A DNA stretch of 64,000 nucleotides, taken from the NCBI GenBank assembly GCA_002633005.1, contig NMRA01000380.1, positions 208,645 through 272,644 of the forward strand, written 5' to 3'. Numbering within the stretch: the stretch's first letter is position 1; each line of letters begins with the position of its first letter. Both the position numbers and the translations under genes were made by a program. This stretch comes from Phoronis australis. Its lineage: Eukaryota > Animalia > Phoronida. Below are positions 10,284 through 23,959 of this stretch, piece by piece. The notes beneath the pieces were generated by a model that was not told the origin of the DNA, made no database searches, and saw nothing but the letters and a program-made list of their open reading frames with translations.

Positions 10284-13200
10284 ATATGTCTCCTTGCTGT
10301 AACGGTAGCTCACTAGTGACCACTAATACCAGGGTAGAAATGGCATTACGTTGGTTATTATAAATAAATTCGAATTTTAATGGGGAATTTAAAATATGGA
10401 AAGAGAATTAAATCTTTTCTATTTCACTTCTATCGCGGAGCCGTATCTTCATATGTGTGTGAAAACAATCCTTATTATAAATCATATATCGCTGGTACTA
10501 ATGAACACTGTACTTGTCTCTAAGTAGTTCAACACGACTAGTATATGAACAATTACGTTTTTTATTTGTATGATTAAAGGCAGTAGGTGTGAAATGACTC
10601 TGTTTAAAACGAATATTCGAAAGTTTGTGAGGATTTGTTTAAAAATTCATAGTATTCACTTTCGGGCGTAGGTGTTTTATTTCAGATTACACGAAGTGGT
10701 CCGAAGGAGAAGGGACAGTGTGCTAGGATTTACAATAACTTCCGCAAGCAAAGAATAGTATAAGGAACCAAGGTGCGCAAGCAAAGAAATGTGTCCGTGA
10801 GACCCCAAAAATAGTGCAAGAGGGTGGAATATGCGTCTAGTATACCGGAATTGCGTGCATGAGAGAATATTTTTGCCAGCACAAGACCGAGCCGCGAAAG
10901 GGCAGGAAAGGTGCCATGTAAATACTCCCTTCTCACACACTGTGACCGGCTAACGGCCAATTGAAGCGAATAGGAAACAGTGGCGTGCTGAACGTGGGGT
11001 GAGTTATTGTTATCAATGTGAGATTAAATCCGCGGTTGATTTTGAGCATCATTGTGTGTTGAATGTTATTGGAACAAGGGCTTTGTTTTTTTATGAAAAT
11101 GGTTGATATCACAAAACATTATTAACACGATGAACAGAAGCATTGCCGAAAGGGTCCCTTTCGCTTGAAAACGTTGATTTCGTTATTATGAATTTTTTGT
11201 GGTAGTAATAAAGTATAAGATAATTGGAGCATACATGCGCACTTTCGTGCTCAAATTGTGTAAAACTAGACTTTTGCATGTAAAGAAAGCTTGACTCTTG
11301 CTAACTGTTACCATCCGAGTCACTGACATAGCATCGGACATGCTTAATGCATAGATAACTGTGACAGGTGGCTCAAAGGTGGATACTGGGACTCGGTTGA
11401 ATAGAGCTTGACTTATTTGCAGCATTGGTATCGATGCAATAGTTGTTAAATCTATTCATGGTGAGTGGCGCTACCGTCGAAATTTTGAGTATTCTATGAA
11501 CACCTTTACCCGACACGTTATTGTGTAGAAGACGTACCGACAAACTACAATTGTACTGCTTGTCAACAGTTCAAACGCGGTATACGTCTATCATAGACGT
11601 ATATTGCGTATATTACCAGATGCAAAAATGTTTGACCACCTTTTACCAGTTAGTCCGCAAGCCAGTGCTGTAATGGGGTGTAGGCACACGTAAGCGCAGC
11701 CAACCATCTTGGGGAATTGCGTACGAGCAGCAAACCATCTTTTTACATTTTAACGTAGGGTCTGCGCGCAGTAAGTGACTGTATAATGGGGCATAGACTG
11801 GATACAATAGCTACGGGGAGGACAGCATTGTTGCCGAATATTCTGGCGCGCGTGGCTGTAACAATTATGGTGTCATACCATAGGCGGTTAAAAGGGAACT
11901 GAAAGGCTCCGAGGACTAAAAACGCCGCCAGCATATCGCTTATGGGCATTACGCGCCTATTTTCCTTTAAAATTGTGTTTGACTCCCTTCAGAGACCGCT
12001 TGTAATTCACGTGGACTTCTGTCTACCTATGTGTGTGGTTGGGCTCCTTTCTACTACATCCTAGATCCGCCACTGCAGACTCGAAGTAAATTCCCACTCG
12101 TGAGTCAAAATATAGGCCTACATGTTTGTGAGTCAGGTTTTGCGAATTCAATGCACTTTAAAATTCAGTGCTCAGTGTGATACGGTGGGCATCAGGCGCC
12201 TACTTACATGTACCTCTAATTTTACCACTACAACACTGCACAAACCTACTTGCTTTGATTACCAAATGTAATAGTTCAGTCGATCGAAGTAAATTTTACG
12301 AACAAAAGGCAACTAAGCTTCAAAAGTTGCACGCGGCTCGGGCATGCCTGTAAAATTCTTCTCTAATTTACGCTATTCCCCTCTCACGGACACATGGTCC
12401 CCTCTACCGGACGACTTTGCTCGCGGATGGACCAACCCTGCAACCGCGCATATTTCCCTGCCTAAGAAGGCTCCTGGAAACCAACATTTTCAAATGAAAC
12501 AGATCTTCTCGGGCAATTTTTCTATTCGTAGTCATGAAAACAACTCAATGTGTTCACTCAACTCAGACACACAATCATGCCTGAAATCAGCCACGGATTT
12601 TGTCTCAGATGATTTACATTATTTAGCAATTCACATCTCACCAGTCGCCTATTCTTCCGGTGACGCGATGCGATTGGCAGTTAGCCGCTTCTGCGGTGTG
12701 TTTATGGTCAAGTAATAAACATCTCATATCCACACTTTTGCTTTTTCTAAGTTTTAGTTTTTTCCATTAAAAGTTTTACATGAGCTCACGTTCCTTCTTT
12801 TTTCAGTTGGCGAAAGACTGTTTTACTAACTCCTTCAATTTTTCGCGGGCATGCACCACGCACCTTCCGCCAGTTGTTATGCGAATTGGTTTATGAGCGA
12901 AGAACTTGGTTTGTAAGAAGTGAGTTACGGTTGATGGAAAAAGAACTACAGCTCGTAAGACAATAATTGCGTTAAAAAGAAAAGGGTGCTGCTAATGAGA
13001 ACGTATGAGCGGGACGTGATAGAGGGAAATTGGTTTACCTTGCAATACTCATCGCATGCGAAACTTCTAAGTAAATGATGTCTTACCAAATGCGTGGCAC
13101 GTGTCAGACCTTCAGTATTCCTCTACAGCGCTTCCAATTAGTGAGTCAAGTATTGTCTTCTTTGGTTTTGGTCACCGACGGTACGGTAAAGGTAGTACGC

Positions 13201-13829
13201 GTAATTATGTCGTCGCTAAGCGACGTGTTTAAGCCAATGAGGTAGCTACTTATAGCGCATTTTCCGACACAGAAAACTGTGTTGCACGCCAGGTAAGAAT
13301 AAAGAAAATAGCACGTACAGATATCAGTGGAAAGCAATTCGCATGGCCATTTCTAATGGATTTTCTTTCTTCAACTGATTTAGAGGTCAACATTGTTCTA
13401 AAACAGGAAATGCAAAAGACTAAGACAGCGTGTTTGGAAGAGGTTGATATTTTGAAACAACAGTGATTAGAGGGGAAATATCCGGAGATATAAGATGCAG
13501 CGCGGAATTGAGTCCACTATCTCCGCAGAAACAGTGGAACACTCTGCGGCTGAGCCAAATATCTTGTGTTAAATAGCATAGTATTTTAATCCCCTTTTAA
13601 ATGGCAAAAACCAACCTTGATTTCCGCGAATGTGTGTCTGACAAGAATTATCGATTTGCAATAAAATCACAAACACACACAGGATTTTGTTGTCTTGTAA
13701 CTCACAGTCAAAGCTAAGAACGTGAATAAGTCGGTCCTATCTAAAAGTCATATCAAATGCGTCTTTCGGCCGTAAAACCGATAATTTCCCTTGAATATAC
13801 ACAAAAAGTCCAAAACAGACATTGCCAAC

Positions 13830-15440
13830 TATCGCACCATAACTCTTCTTCACACCTTATCCAAAATATTAGAAAAAAATCATTTCTCAACACATGTTCG
13901 TCCACCTCTCTTCACAAAACCTCACATATCGTCGCCAATTTGGATTCATGCCTGGTAAGAGCACTTTGTCCCAACTTACAGAAATTGTACATGAAATGCA
14001 CCTCAAGTTTGAGCAAGGGTACAACGTGAGATCCGTATTTTTAGACATGGCGTCAGCTTTTGATGTCCTTCCCCATGATCGATTTCTACATAAATTACAA
14101 TCTTACGGTTTCTCAGACACTCTCCTATGAAAAAGCGTTGATCGTATATTTGTATATTTTATAAGTCTAATAATACTCATTTGCAAACAAATCCAATGCT
14201 GGAATTATCACTTAATGGGTAAGTTATTCCCAATAAGCTCACACACAAACACCTTGGCTTGCTATTACACCATCAGCTTACATTTACTCCTCACTGTCGC
14301 GAACTCGTTCATAAAGTACAAAAATTAATAATCAGTCCAATTAGAATTGTCTCTCGTCATCTCAACTCCATGCATCTTGAAACTCTGTTCAAGTCTTTTG
14401 TACTTCCACATCTACATTACTGTGACATAATCTACCAATCGGCAAACGCTGGCATACTTCTTCAATTAGAAAGACTACAATACCAAGCAGCTTTAGCCAT
14501 AACAGGAGCATACAAAGGATCCAACACAATCAAGGTTCTAAACAGTCTCAAATGGAGCAAACTAGCAACCCGTCGTAAACTCCACTTGTCCATGTATATA
14601 TTCAAAGTCTAAAACAACATAAACAATTATTCAAACAAAATCCTCTTTGATTCCTATAAAAGACTTAACACAAGAGCAGGACTGCGGCAAATAATATATA
14701 CATTATTCGGCCTTCCCTCAGCCAAGTCTTCAGGAGATCTACAATATTAACTTGCATTGACAAGTGGAATTAATCACCAAAAAACGAAAGCATTTCAATC
14801 GTCACTCTCAGAAATAACTTTAAACTGCATACCACTACTCAAGACTTGCCAGTCCCATTGACATCATTCCAACTTCCTCGCAACCATGAAATAATCCTAT
14901 ACAGATCAAAATGCGGTTTATTTCTAAATAACGAGAAATTTAGACATAACTGTAATAATATTTCACCTCTATGTTCCTGTGGAGACACTCAGACAAATGC
15001 TCATGTTTTCTTTTCTTGTGATGTATTCAAGGGGAAGAGGCTATAGCTCTTCCAGACACTCGAAAAATATCCCAATGTTTACAAAAATATGACTGATATT
15101 CCTCAAATGTTTAACATTATAATTTTTTTCTATTTGGATGTCAAATGAAAATAAGAATTTATTCGAAATAGTATCAAAATTTATTTTTGATATTAAATGT
15201 CTTTGTGCGAGTGAATAGAATTGTATGCATGTAAAATAACTTATTGTTTATGAAAATGATTTATTTGCATTCGTAATCATATGTCATTGTAATCTTAACA
15301 TAAGTTTTTTAGTTCATGTATTTATGTATAATAATTGTATATAGATTTGTTTGTATTTAACTCAGATATGATGCCTCTTGGCGCTTTCTGGGGAATTTAT
15401 ATTCATTGCGCTTAAGATTTCGTAATAAACATTGAAAGAA
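13830..15440 (+). mobile_element. Decayed CR1/L2-like LINE ORF2 (RT to C-terminus) with 3' UTR
   Basis: QFGFMPGKSTLSQL, VFLDMASAFDVLPH..LHKLQSYG, KSFVLPHLHYCDII, CSCGDTQTNAHVFFSC. Stops, frameshifts and an internal deletion near 14130-14190. The 3' UTR motif cagatat..tgc...tttctggg is shared with the 6-kb LINE. Confidence 0.85.
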
Positions 15441-15619
15441 ATATATACATGTATATATATATTAAAATTCTTTTAAAATGTTTTATAACGGAGATCGTCT
15501 GTTTTAGTACTTCAAAGTCTAACAGCATAACTGTCAGGGGCTTTTCTCATTTATTTCACATACTCTTAGTAATCGTTAATTCGGAAAATTCGCTAGGTCT
15601 ACCCGTGTGTTCTTCATCT

Positions 15620-15772
15620 GCCTCCCATTCAGTAACGCTAGGACCTCGCTAAAAAGCAAGACTTCGCGAGAATACGTGAGATTTCGCCGTGTATTTTGAA
15701 TAAGAACACGTGACTTTGACTAGGTTTTAGCTAGGTCCTAGCGTAGGTCCTAGCGTCTACTGAACGCACGCC
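15620..15772. mobile_element. ~153-bp MITE, copy 1
   Basis: TIR ttcagtaacgctaggacct / aggtcctagcgtctactgaa. Second copy at 16485-16637; related fragments near 2553, 15940-16010 and 56350-56476. Confidence 0.75.
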
Positions 15773-16484
15773 TGGCCACAACGTCTGTATGCTCTGCCAC
15801 TACATCGTAATCTAATGCGAAATGTTCACAGGCCAGTTCACTCGTGCTTTGCTAGCTTTGGAAATCGAGAATTTCTGTAAGTGCATCCAACAATTGGGCG
15901 CATATTTAACTGTTTTCGTGAGCCAGGGTAGAACGCTTACAATCTCGCTAAGGAAGCTAGTGGGATCACGAGCTTTGCTTGTGATACTTGGCGATATTTC
16001 CCGAAGTCAACGCCAGAAATTTGTAACATGCACTACTGCGCATGCGCTAAATCTTGCCAGCAGCCCTCCATAATAAATACACAAGAGCAGGCAAAAATCA
16101 GGAATTTATAAGCAAGGGGAGATAACTACACAATTTGCCGATAGCCTGTCACATAGAGTGTATGTTAAGACATGTTACCGCCAAATATCAGCGCCAATGG
16201 TGAAAATTTTTCCACGTCTCTTGAAGTTTGAAGGTTACCCCGTTCAGGCCTATGTTAACGATCGTCCGGAAGCCACTATTTGAGCGCATAGCTCATTTTG
16301 AAGTCAAGTTTGTGGCTGAATTCATTTTGCCATCGGATTTGCCGATAGCCTAGGTGACTACCAGGAGTACTCAGAGGTTGCTGATCCAAATTTCATGTTG
16401 TTTCTNAATTCGTGTTTTTGAAGAGACAATAAAAGAGCGTATTCTGTAAAAAATCCTTTGAATTTAGGCCAGTTAACGTTACCA

Positions 16485-16637
16485 GCCTCCCGTTCAGTAA
16501 CGCTAGGACCTCGCTATAAAGCAAGACTTCGCGAGATTACGAGAGATATTGCCGTGTATTTTAAATGAGAACACGTGGTGTTGACTAGATTTTAGCTAGA
16601 TCCTAACATAGGTCCTAGCGTCTACTGAACGCACGCC
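16485..16637. mobile_element. ~153-bp MITE, copy 2
   Basis: Aligns with 15620-15772. Confidence 0.75.
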
Positions 16638-17343
16638 AGGTCCGTCTCATCTTGTTCCTTTTGCAGATTATAAATCATGTCTAGGCTGGACACGACATGA
16701 CAGGTCGTTGTTGCTTTCGATTAGGCCATCACAGTTTGATTGTCAATGCGAGTTAATGTCAGTCGCCGCGCTTAATCAATATAGGAGGGGAATGCCATAC
16801 GTTTTATTGCATGCAATTGAAGTTCAGTTATAGCAAATTATGACGACACTGTTGCATAGCGAATACTTAACACCTGGGGTACGGTTCATGAAAACTGATT
16901 TTTAGGTAAAGACTTTTAAAAACTTCCAATTTCTGACTCAAATCTCTAAAATAATTGAGCAACAATTTTAGTATTTTCGCTCCGACTTTACAATTCTATT
17001 TGACGCCTAGTGCGGACTCGTTATTCGGTTTTTGTTTAATATGAAGTCATTGTGACGTTATGGACCCACTTAAATAAAATGAAAATGCCAAAATTAAAAA
17101 CCATTGTTATTATTAGGCCACATTTACGTAGCACTGTAAAATTCTATGCTTTTTGAAAATATTTACCGGGCTATGGACCTGAGCCTATATGGGTCAAGTC
17201 TTTTATTCGAAATTGAAAATGGAAATGATGTTGCCTTTTACCGTTCTAGCTTGATACAAGTAAGGGGCCTACATGATAATTGTCTATTATCAAGTGCTCT
17301 AGTTTGTCATGGTTTACGCACACGAGTGTCTGGTCCTACGTTA

Positions 17344-18924
17344 TAGACCTAACTCACGCGGCGGACATTTAAATCCAAAGCGAAGATCACTGCGATAAAC
17401 AAAGCGGAAATTTACGTTGCGTGAGTTAAATGGCCGGTCTTTCGAGTCCAACCTGGATATTAAATCTTAAAAATGTGTCGATAATTAACCACAGAGACGT
17501 AGGAAAATACAATAGAGAACAATTCAATGCACCAAAGAGTTGTCTGACGAAAGGGTATAAGTTTTTTTCGGAAAACTTGGTTCGAAACATGAAAAGTAAA
17601 TATGACCAAAACTGCGGCGATCGTGACTGTAGTGTTACGGATTAGGTATTGTGCTAAATGCAGGGTTATGTTTCTTCTTGTAAATTGTTGATAAAAATGC
17701 TTTCTACACTAACCAAGTCATCTGTTTGTGTTGTTGACGAGTTGAAGATATATTCGACAATGGTGGCTCATCGCATTTTGCTGTCGTGTGCAATTAGTCA
17801 CATCTGGTTTAATTTGTTGATCAAAAGTATTAACATCAAGCATATAGCCTATGTCCTGGTGAGGTAGGGACTACCATGACAGAGAAGTGATTTGTCATTG
17901 ATCTGAAAGAATAACTGATGTTGTAAAATATATTTTTTATTAAAATAAAAACCCAGGCTCGTAATTGAAAATAAAAATTATTTGACCATTTTTTAAATTT
18001 CTTAAAAATTATAAAAAACGAACACAGCCTCAGAAATCGCGTTCGCATTATATCCAGGTTATCATTCACTCCCTTGCACGCATTCACAAGTAATTATCTG
18101 ACCATCAATAGTGCTTTCTTGGTTTTAATAATTCTTATATACGTCTATTTCATGTGTTAGGTTTCAAATATCAATCTGGACCAAGTTGAATTTTAAAATT
18201 AAAACACCTAACTCGTTCGTCCAAAGCATAACCTTGTTTTTGAGCTCAATTTCAGTTAACTGCACAGTGCAAGCATAGTTATCATGTTTCTTCATGAGCC
18301 TCGTTCATCCCGAGGAAAGGTGCATGTGTGCCTTCGTGAGAGGGGAAAAAATCTACCTCCCGATCATCATCAATAGCACACCCGCCCTGTGCTCTTTGAA
18401 ATTGTCACCTGTGTGGATACAAAACTTCGGAGAGAACTTTTCAATCACTAGGGGAATTTTTAGGGCCTCGTGGGGGGAATTTCGGGGGGATTTTTCAATA
18501 TTTTTGAGAGGGCAATAGGGCTGATATTCGGCCCCAAAATTGAGGGATTGAGGGCTCTGTTTTTTTTTTGGAAAGAAACATCATCTTTCAACCCGTAGTC
18601 ACGAAAACACAGCCTGGCTGACCGAAGATTCTCCGGTCGTTGCTATGACGCTCGGCAACCGAGATGCGACAAAATATGATCTAACTTTCCAAAAACATTT
18701 ATAAATTTTACAAGGAAATATTTTCCTTCGTCGCACGTATGACAACGACCCAACGCTTCCGATTCTCAACGTCCTCAGGGATTGTGAAACAGACAGTTGA
18801 GTGTCCGTATTTTTTCTAGCCGTTGGAGCAACGCGGACTACAATCAGTATGCCGATAAGCCAACAGAGATATCGTAGCGAGCCTCGTTTTGGAACGCGCC
18901 TCCTGTCAGCGTGAATTAGGTCTA
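17344..18924. mobile_element. Non-autonomous TIR DNA element (TAGACC...GGTCTA termini)
   Basis: Termini TAGACCTAACTCACGC and GCGTGAATTAGGTCTA, flanked by TA on both sides. 17344-18234 aligns with 46913-48337. Confidence 0.7.
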
Positions 18925-20429
18925 TAGTTTCGACTTGATGACCTCACGATTTGTGCTACAAACTGGAGTAGCGTCTAGTCCTACGTTGTAGTTCGCGCTT
19001 GATGACCTCGCGATTTGAGCTACAAATTGGAGTAGAGACTCGATAATTCAAATAAAAACTCGAGATTTTAATGTTCGTACTCGAAATGGTGGATTTAATG
19101 CTAGTGTTATCCAGTGCGGAATAGGAATGTACAACCATCCACGTAACCCACAATATCCTCGAGCACAGAATAACAGACGATTATTCTGAGTTCGTATTTA
19201 AGTAGAACGAATAATGACAAAATTTTCGAGCTCAGTTTTGAGTAAAAGATTAGAGCCTACATGTATGTTCTACACAATCTTAATTCTTCCCAACACCTGT
19301 TAATACAAACACGTGATTTTCAAGTCCTTAAATGCTCAAGAGTTACCTGGATGGAAAAATCTAAGCCCTGCAATTTTTTACGTGATGTGTTATGATGCGA
19401 CTGCATTTGTAATCCTGTTTGTGGGTCCAAATCAGTTTCATAGTGGCAAACACGCTATTATTAAACATCTGTATATCAAAGTATTTTTCAACCTGATGTT
19501 GAACTGTTGCTTATATAAGTTCTTTGTTTGATAAATTGATGATAGCGTTGACGTCAGTAGAGGTCAAATAAACACTAGTTTTGTGCCATCAAAACAACGA
19601 TGCAAATTATGCATCAAAAGTTGTTTACCGATCACCATATTGGAAATTGATGCCTGCTTGATATTTTTGTGAAACACCCTTGCTTTCTGTAATGATAACG
19701 TTTATAAACCAGAAGAGTATGTATACATGTATGTGCATGTAGAACGAACGTGAAAGTTAATGAATTGATCCTGTTATTACACAGGTAATGGAACACCTTA
19801 CCAAACCACTTACGTGAAATAGAATCTCACTCTTCGCCACCAGATGATGTTACGCCTTTTCATATTTCTAAATATATACACCTGTCATCTCTTCGGCCTT
19901 CTGATTGCCATCCTTCCTGTACATAGCCTCATCTTCTGTGTTTGTTTATGTGATTAAGTATTTTATTTGTAGATTGATTTATTCATTCGTTAACGTGTGT
20001 ATTTTTGTTTCTATTTATTAATATTTTTTCTTATCAAACGACTATCTGACGGACCGCGATAGAAAAAGGTAACTACTTTTTCATATCATTCGTTAATTGA
20101 TTGTTTATTTTTACTGGACTATGTACCTTTGTTTTTGTCGTCTTAACTTATAGTTTATACGCTCCCCTCTCTCTATCAGCCTGTGTGCTGTGTTGTATTG
20201 ATCGTGTGGCGTTGTATCATTTTCGTATTCAATTGACGTTAATAAATCTATCAAGTAATTCTTTTCTTCTCACTCTTTATCGTGGGCTTCATGTGGGACG
20301 GGCAAGGCAGGACGTGTCGTGAACACTAGTTGCCTTTTCCTATTATGGTTGACAGTTAAATACAAATACGTGTCTGTGGTTAATTATATAGGATTAAAAA
20401 ATTTTCAAATTCCACGTTTCACACTTTAA

Positions 20430-21489
20430 AAGAGAATGCCACCCGATTTAATTAGTCTTTTTTACTATCTTAATCGGTCTATATCCACATCGCCTCGCAT
20501 ACGGTCAACCTTACCTTACCGAGAGGTGTCGCGTTTACCTGTGAGGAAGGTGAGAAACGACGCAGCGACATCAGTGATTCATTTGCCGCAGACTGAATGC
20601 CGCTATGTTGCGGTGCATCGTTCCCTCTTGTCCGAACTATGTAGCTGCAAGGAAAGCGGGTACATCATTTTTTCGACTTCCATGAGAGTCCAAAATGCTT
20701 AAAAGGTGGCTCGCGGTAGTGAAAAATGAAAAGGACACTGTTAATAGCAAGTATCAGGCCGTGTCTGTGACCGGCAGCCGTCGACAGTGAGTCTGACGAA
20801 TGCCTGCTTACCAAAGAACTATCCATACGTTCCGTTGTCTGCGCATGTTCACGGCTTCTCTGTAGTATTTCTTGATCACTGTATTCCGGTTCAAACTGAT
20901 TGCCTGTGAAACTTAGCGATCCACCTACGATCCACTGGCCGGGATATCGAGTCAGTCCGGCCAAGACGGGCCTGGTCGAGTTCCGAGCCACTGGCCGGGT
21001 TAACAAGCGTTTTGTGTGTTTAGAACTCAAAAAATCACAAGTCTAAAAACACAGATCTAGGTTCTTCCGTCTGTATTTCACGGAAGAATACTTCAAATTT
21101 ATCTCGGCACAGACCCCAAACTCCTGCTACGGTCCTTGGTAAATTGGCCTGCCGAACTTTGTAGGCTACGGTGTGTCCAAATACCAATAAATCCGTAAAA
21201 TAAAACAACACGTTTTTAAAAGAACTCGGTGTATTTTTAAGGGTTTTACATCGAAGTTTGATTATGTCTTGGTGTTAAAAGATGAATTCAAGCGATAAGC
21301 TGACACCAGTAACCCGTGTTGTGAACTGCTGAAAAGACTGCGATTGAAACCAATGACGTCATTGGATAATTTCAACACCTCCGTCTGCCGTCAGGTGTCA
21401 GGTAACGCAACCGAACGTGCCGTTATCGAGTAGAACTACTCGATCTAAATTGATACAAATTAGGTTGTTTTTTTGGGTGGCATGCTCCT
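20430..21489. mobile_element. Highly deleted Kolobok derivative (THAP remnant plus KolX remnant)
   Basis: TTAA on both flanks; TIR AAGAGAATGCCACCC / GGGTGGCATGCTCCT. Plus strand 20614-20727 reads CIVPSCPNYVAARKAGTSFFRLP*ESKMLKRWLAVVKN (THAP N-terminus). Minus strand reads NQFEPEYSDQEI (compare YMFEPEYNEAE at 37.85 kb). Confidence 0.75.
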
Positions 21490-21493
21490 TTAA

Positions 21494-21783
21494 GAGGCCT
21501 GGAACGCGAAAAACAGACTAAAGTATTTAAAGTGGTTCTCTGGCAATAAAACAGAGTTCAAATTGTTCACCAAGTATTTGTTTACGGTTTGTTCGTAAAA
21601 ATTTTGAATATCTGTCGATGTCAAATCATTTTTCTGTAAGTTTTAAATTTCAAAAAAAATGTTGTCAACTGCTCATCACTTTGTCGATTTTTTTCTGCAA
21701 ATCAAAACATGTCTCCTTATTTGGTACGGCAATACATAGACGTAGCACTTTTCCCTTACATGGAAAACGTAATCTTTGACCCT
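21494..21783. mobile_element. Partial inverted copy of the 4474-4971 element
   Basis: Begins gaggcctggaacgcgaaa directly after the TTAA at 21490-21493. Shares cttacatggaaaa.gtaa.ctttgacc with the reverse complement of 4733-4760. Confidence 0.65.
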
Positions 21784-21799
21784 TAATCTAAATAAAACT

Positions 21800-22585
21800 A
21801 TGGCGACTTTAAGCAGCAGCCAGTCCGATTAAGAAGCAAATAATGTCCATCATTGTCCATCATTGTCCAAGCAAGCGAACAAATGGCACTCAGTCTAAAT
21901 GCCAAGAAAACAGAAACAATGGCAATAACAAGGAAAGCAATATGTCCCCGATGCAATATCATAGTCAAAGGGAAAGCATTAACACAAGTGCATAATTTCA
22001 AATATCTCGGAACCATGATCTCGGCAGATGGAAAATGCTTAAGTGAAATCAAGTCCAGAATAGGTCAAGCAAAATCAGCCTTCCAAAGTATAAAACACCT
22101 TTCTGCAAACAACAAAATACCCATCAACCTATGGAAAAGAATATACCAATGCTATATAGAACCAATACTACTTTATGCCTGTGAAACATGGACAATGAAC
22201 TCTCAAGCCATAAAACACCTGGAGGCAACAGAGATGTGGTTCTCAAGAAGAATGCTGAGAATACCATGGACGGTTAAAAAGACAAACGAAGAGCTACTGA
22301 GAGAGGCAGACACAAACAGAACACTACTGAACAACATCAGAAGAAGACAAGCAAAGTTCTTTGGTCATATTATGAGGAGACGTGGACTACAACACCTGGT
22401 AACAACTGATAAACTAGATGGGAAGAGAAGTCGAGGACGCCAAAGAACAGAACTACTGGATGGAATGTCGACGTGGCTTCAAACACCGGGAAATACTGTC
22501 ACCATTGGAGCAACGAGAGAGAGAGAGACAGACGGAGATCCATGGTCGCCGACGCCTACCGACAGGGCACTTGAGGAGGAGGAGT
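21800..22585 (+). mobile_element. RTE-clade LINE 3' fragment
   Basis: ORF 21853-22641 has LNAKKTETM, FKYLG, EIKSRIGQAK, LLYACETW, FFGHIMRR and GKRSRGRQR, ending in a (GAG)n tail typical of RTE elements. Confidence 0.9.
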
Positions 22586-22899
22586 GTCCTTGCTGTTCAA
22601 AAATTGTTATAAAGGTATTGTGGTATTTAAATTTATTGTAAAATGCACTTGGACTTGAGAACAAGCTCAAAGGTCAGACAGTTCCTCAACGACGACAGCG
22701 ATAACCGCAACTATCGAGAATCACAACATCATCAGCGATAACGCCAACGATGTCACAACAGCAACAAGCATAACAACAACAAGAGAGGATAACACTCACA
22801 TTCGAATGAGGTTGAAGACTTAGCATTTGGTGCAGTACACGCACGCACGCACACGCACGCACGCAAGCACAACCGCATTGATCCTATGAAGACTTAACA

Positions 22900-23900
22900 G
22901 TCATCAGCATTCATCACCGGCCTCCATTGAACGCCCTGGATATGCGTGTGAAGTTGACAACGGAGACAAAAACCAACGTCATGTTTATTGACAGTTACTT
23001 GTGGAGCTTTCCTGAGAAACAACTACCGATGATAAGCCCACCGGATCAACGCCATCTAACGTTCATGTTTTCCTATTGTGGAACTTTGATCTCTAATCTA
23101 AGAAAGTTTCACCGATATCAAAAGACCAATGTACTTTGACCAACTGCTATGCAAAAAAATCACACTCACTTGTTCTGTGCACTCTGTACCGGCAACAAAA
23201 ACATAGCAGCATACATCACTTAGTGCAATGCTACCTCGAAATATTTGAAAGCATAATTAAATTCCCATTTCCCAAAGACATGCAAACCCACACTTATCCA
23301 AGATGCGTGACCTATCAGACACCTATCTCGAAAAGCTCCAGTGCAGCTGAAAGACAACTTTGAAGAAGAGTTTCAAAAATAGTATAGTAGAACTTGGTTT
23401 CGTCTGAAAGAGAGAGGAACAAACAGATAAACTCTCATTATCCCAAAACCAAATGGTAGTGTACGAATGAAGTCTAGGTTCTAACGACGCTAAACTAGAT
23501 TTGAGGAGGGGAGAACATAATTTTAATTATTAAAATACCCAAACCTTCGAAAAGATGACACACAGGGCGGCGCTGTAATACTTGATAGCGAACCGGTAGC
23601 TTTTGCCTCCAAAGGTTTAAGGTCAACTGAACGACGATACACTAACATCGACCATTATAGAAGTTTGTGCATATTGGGATACCACCATATGCCGTTTTAT
23701 ATGATCCCAAAACAGCTTACCCGCAGCCGCACCTAGTTTCCATCATCTTCTACGACAACAATGTTGTGATTACACCATCAATTATCGACCTGGCAAAGAA
23801 ATATTTTCAGCCGACAGGCCATCCCATTCGCTAAAAGACTTCCACAGATTTTGAGATCCACATTCATTTACAGGCAAGCTCTGTTCAGCTTTTACCTGAG
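22900..23900 (+). mobile_element. Heavily decayed Ty3/Gypsy pol fragments
   Basis: By-eye translation gives IIPKPNGSVR (RT start, ~23436), EPVAFASKGLRSTERRYTNID (RNase H, ~23590-23652) and NYRPGKEIFSAD (~23780). Confidence 0.65.
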
Positions 23901-23959
23901 ACACTAAACGAAATTCGTCAGGTGCCCCGTTGCATGAAACAGTATCAAATAGGGAGTCA

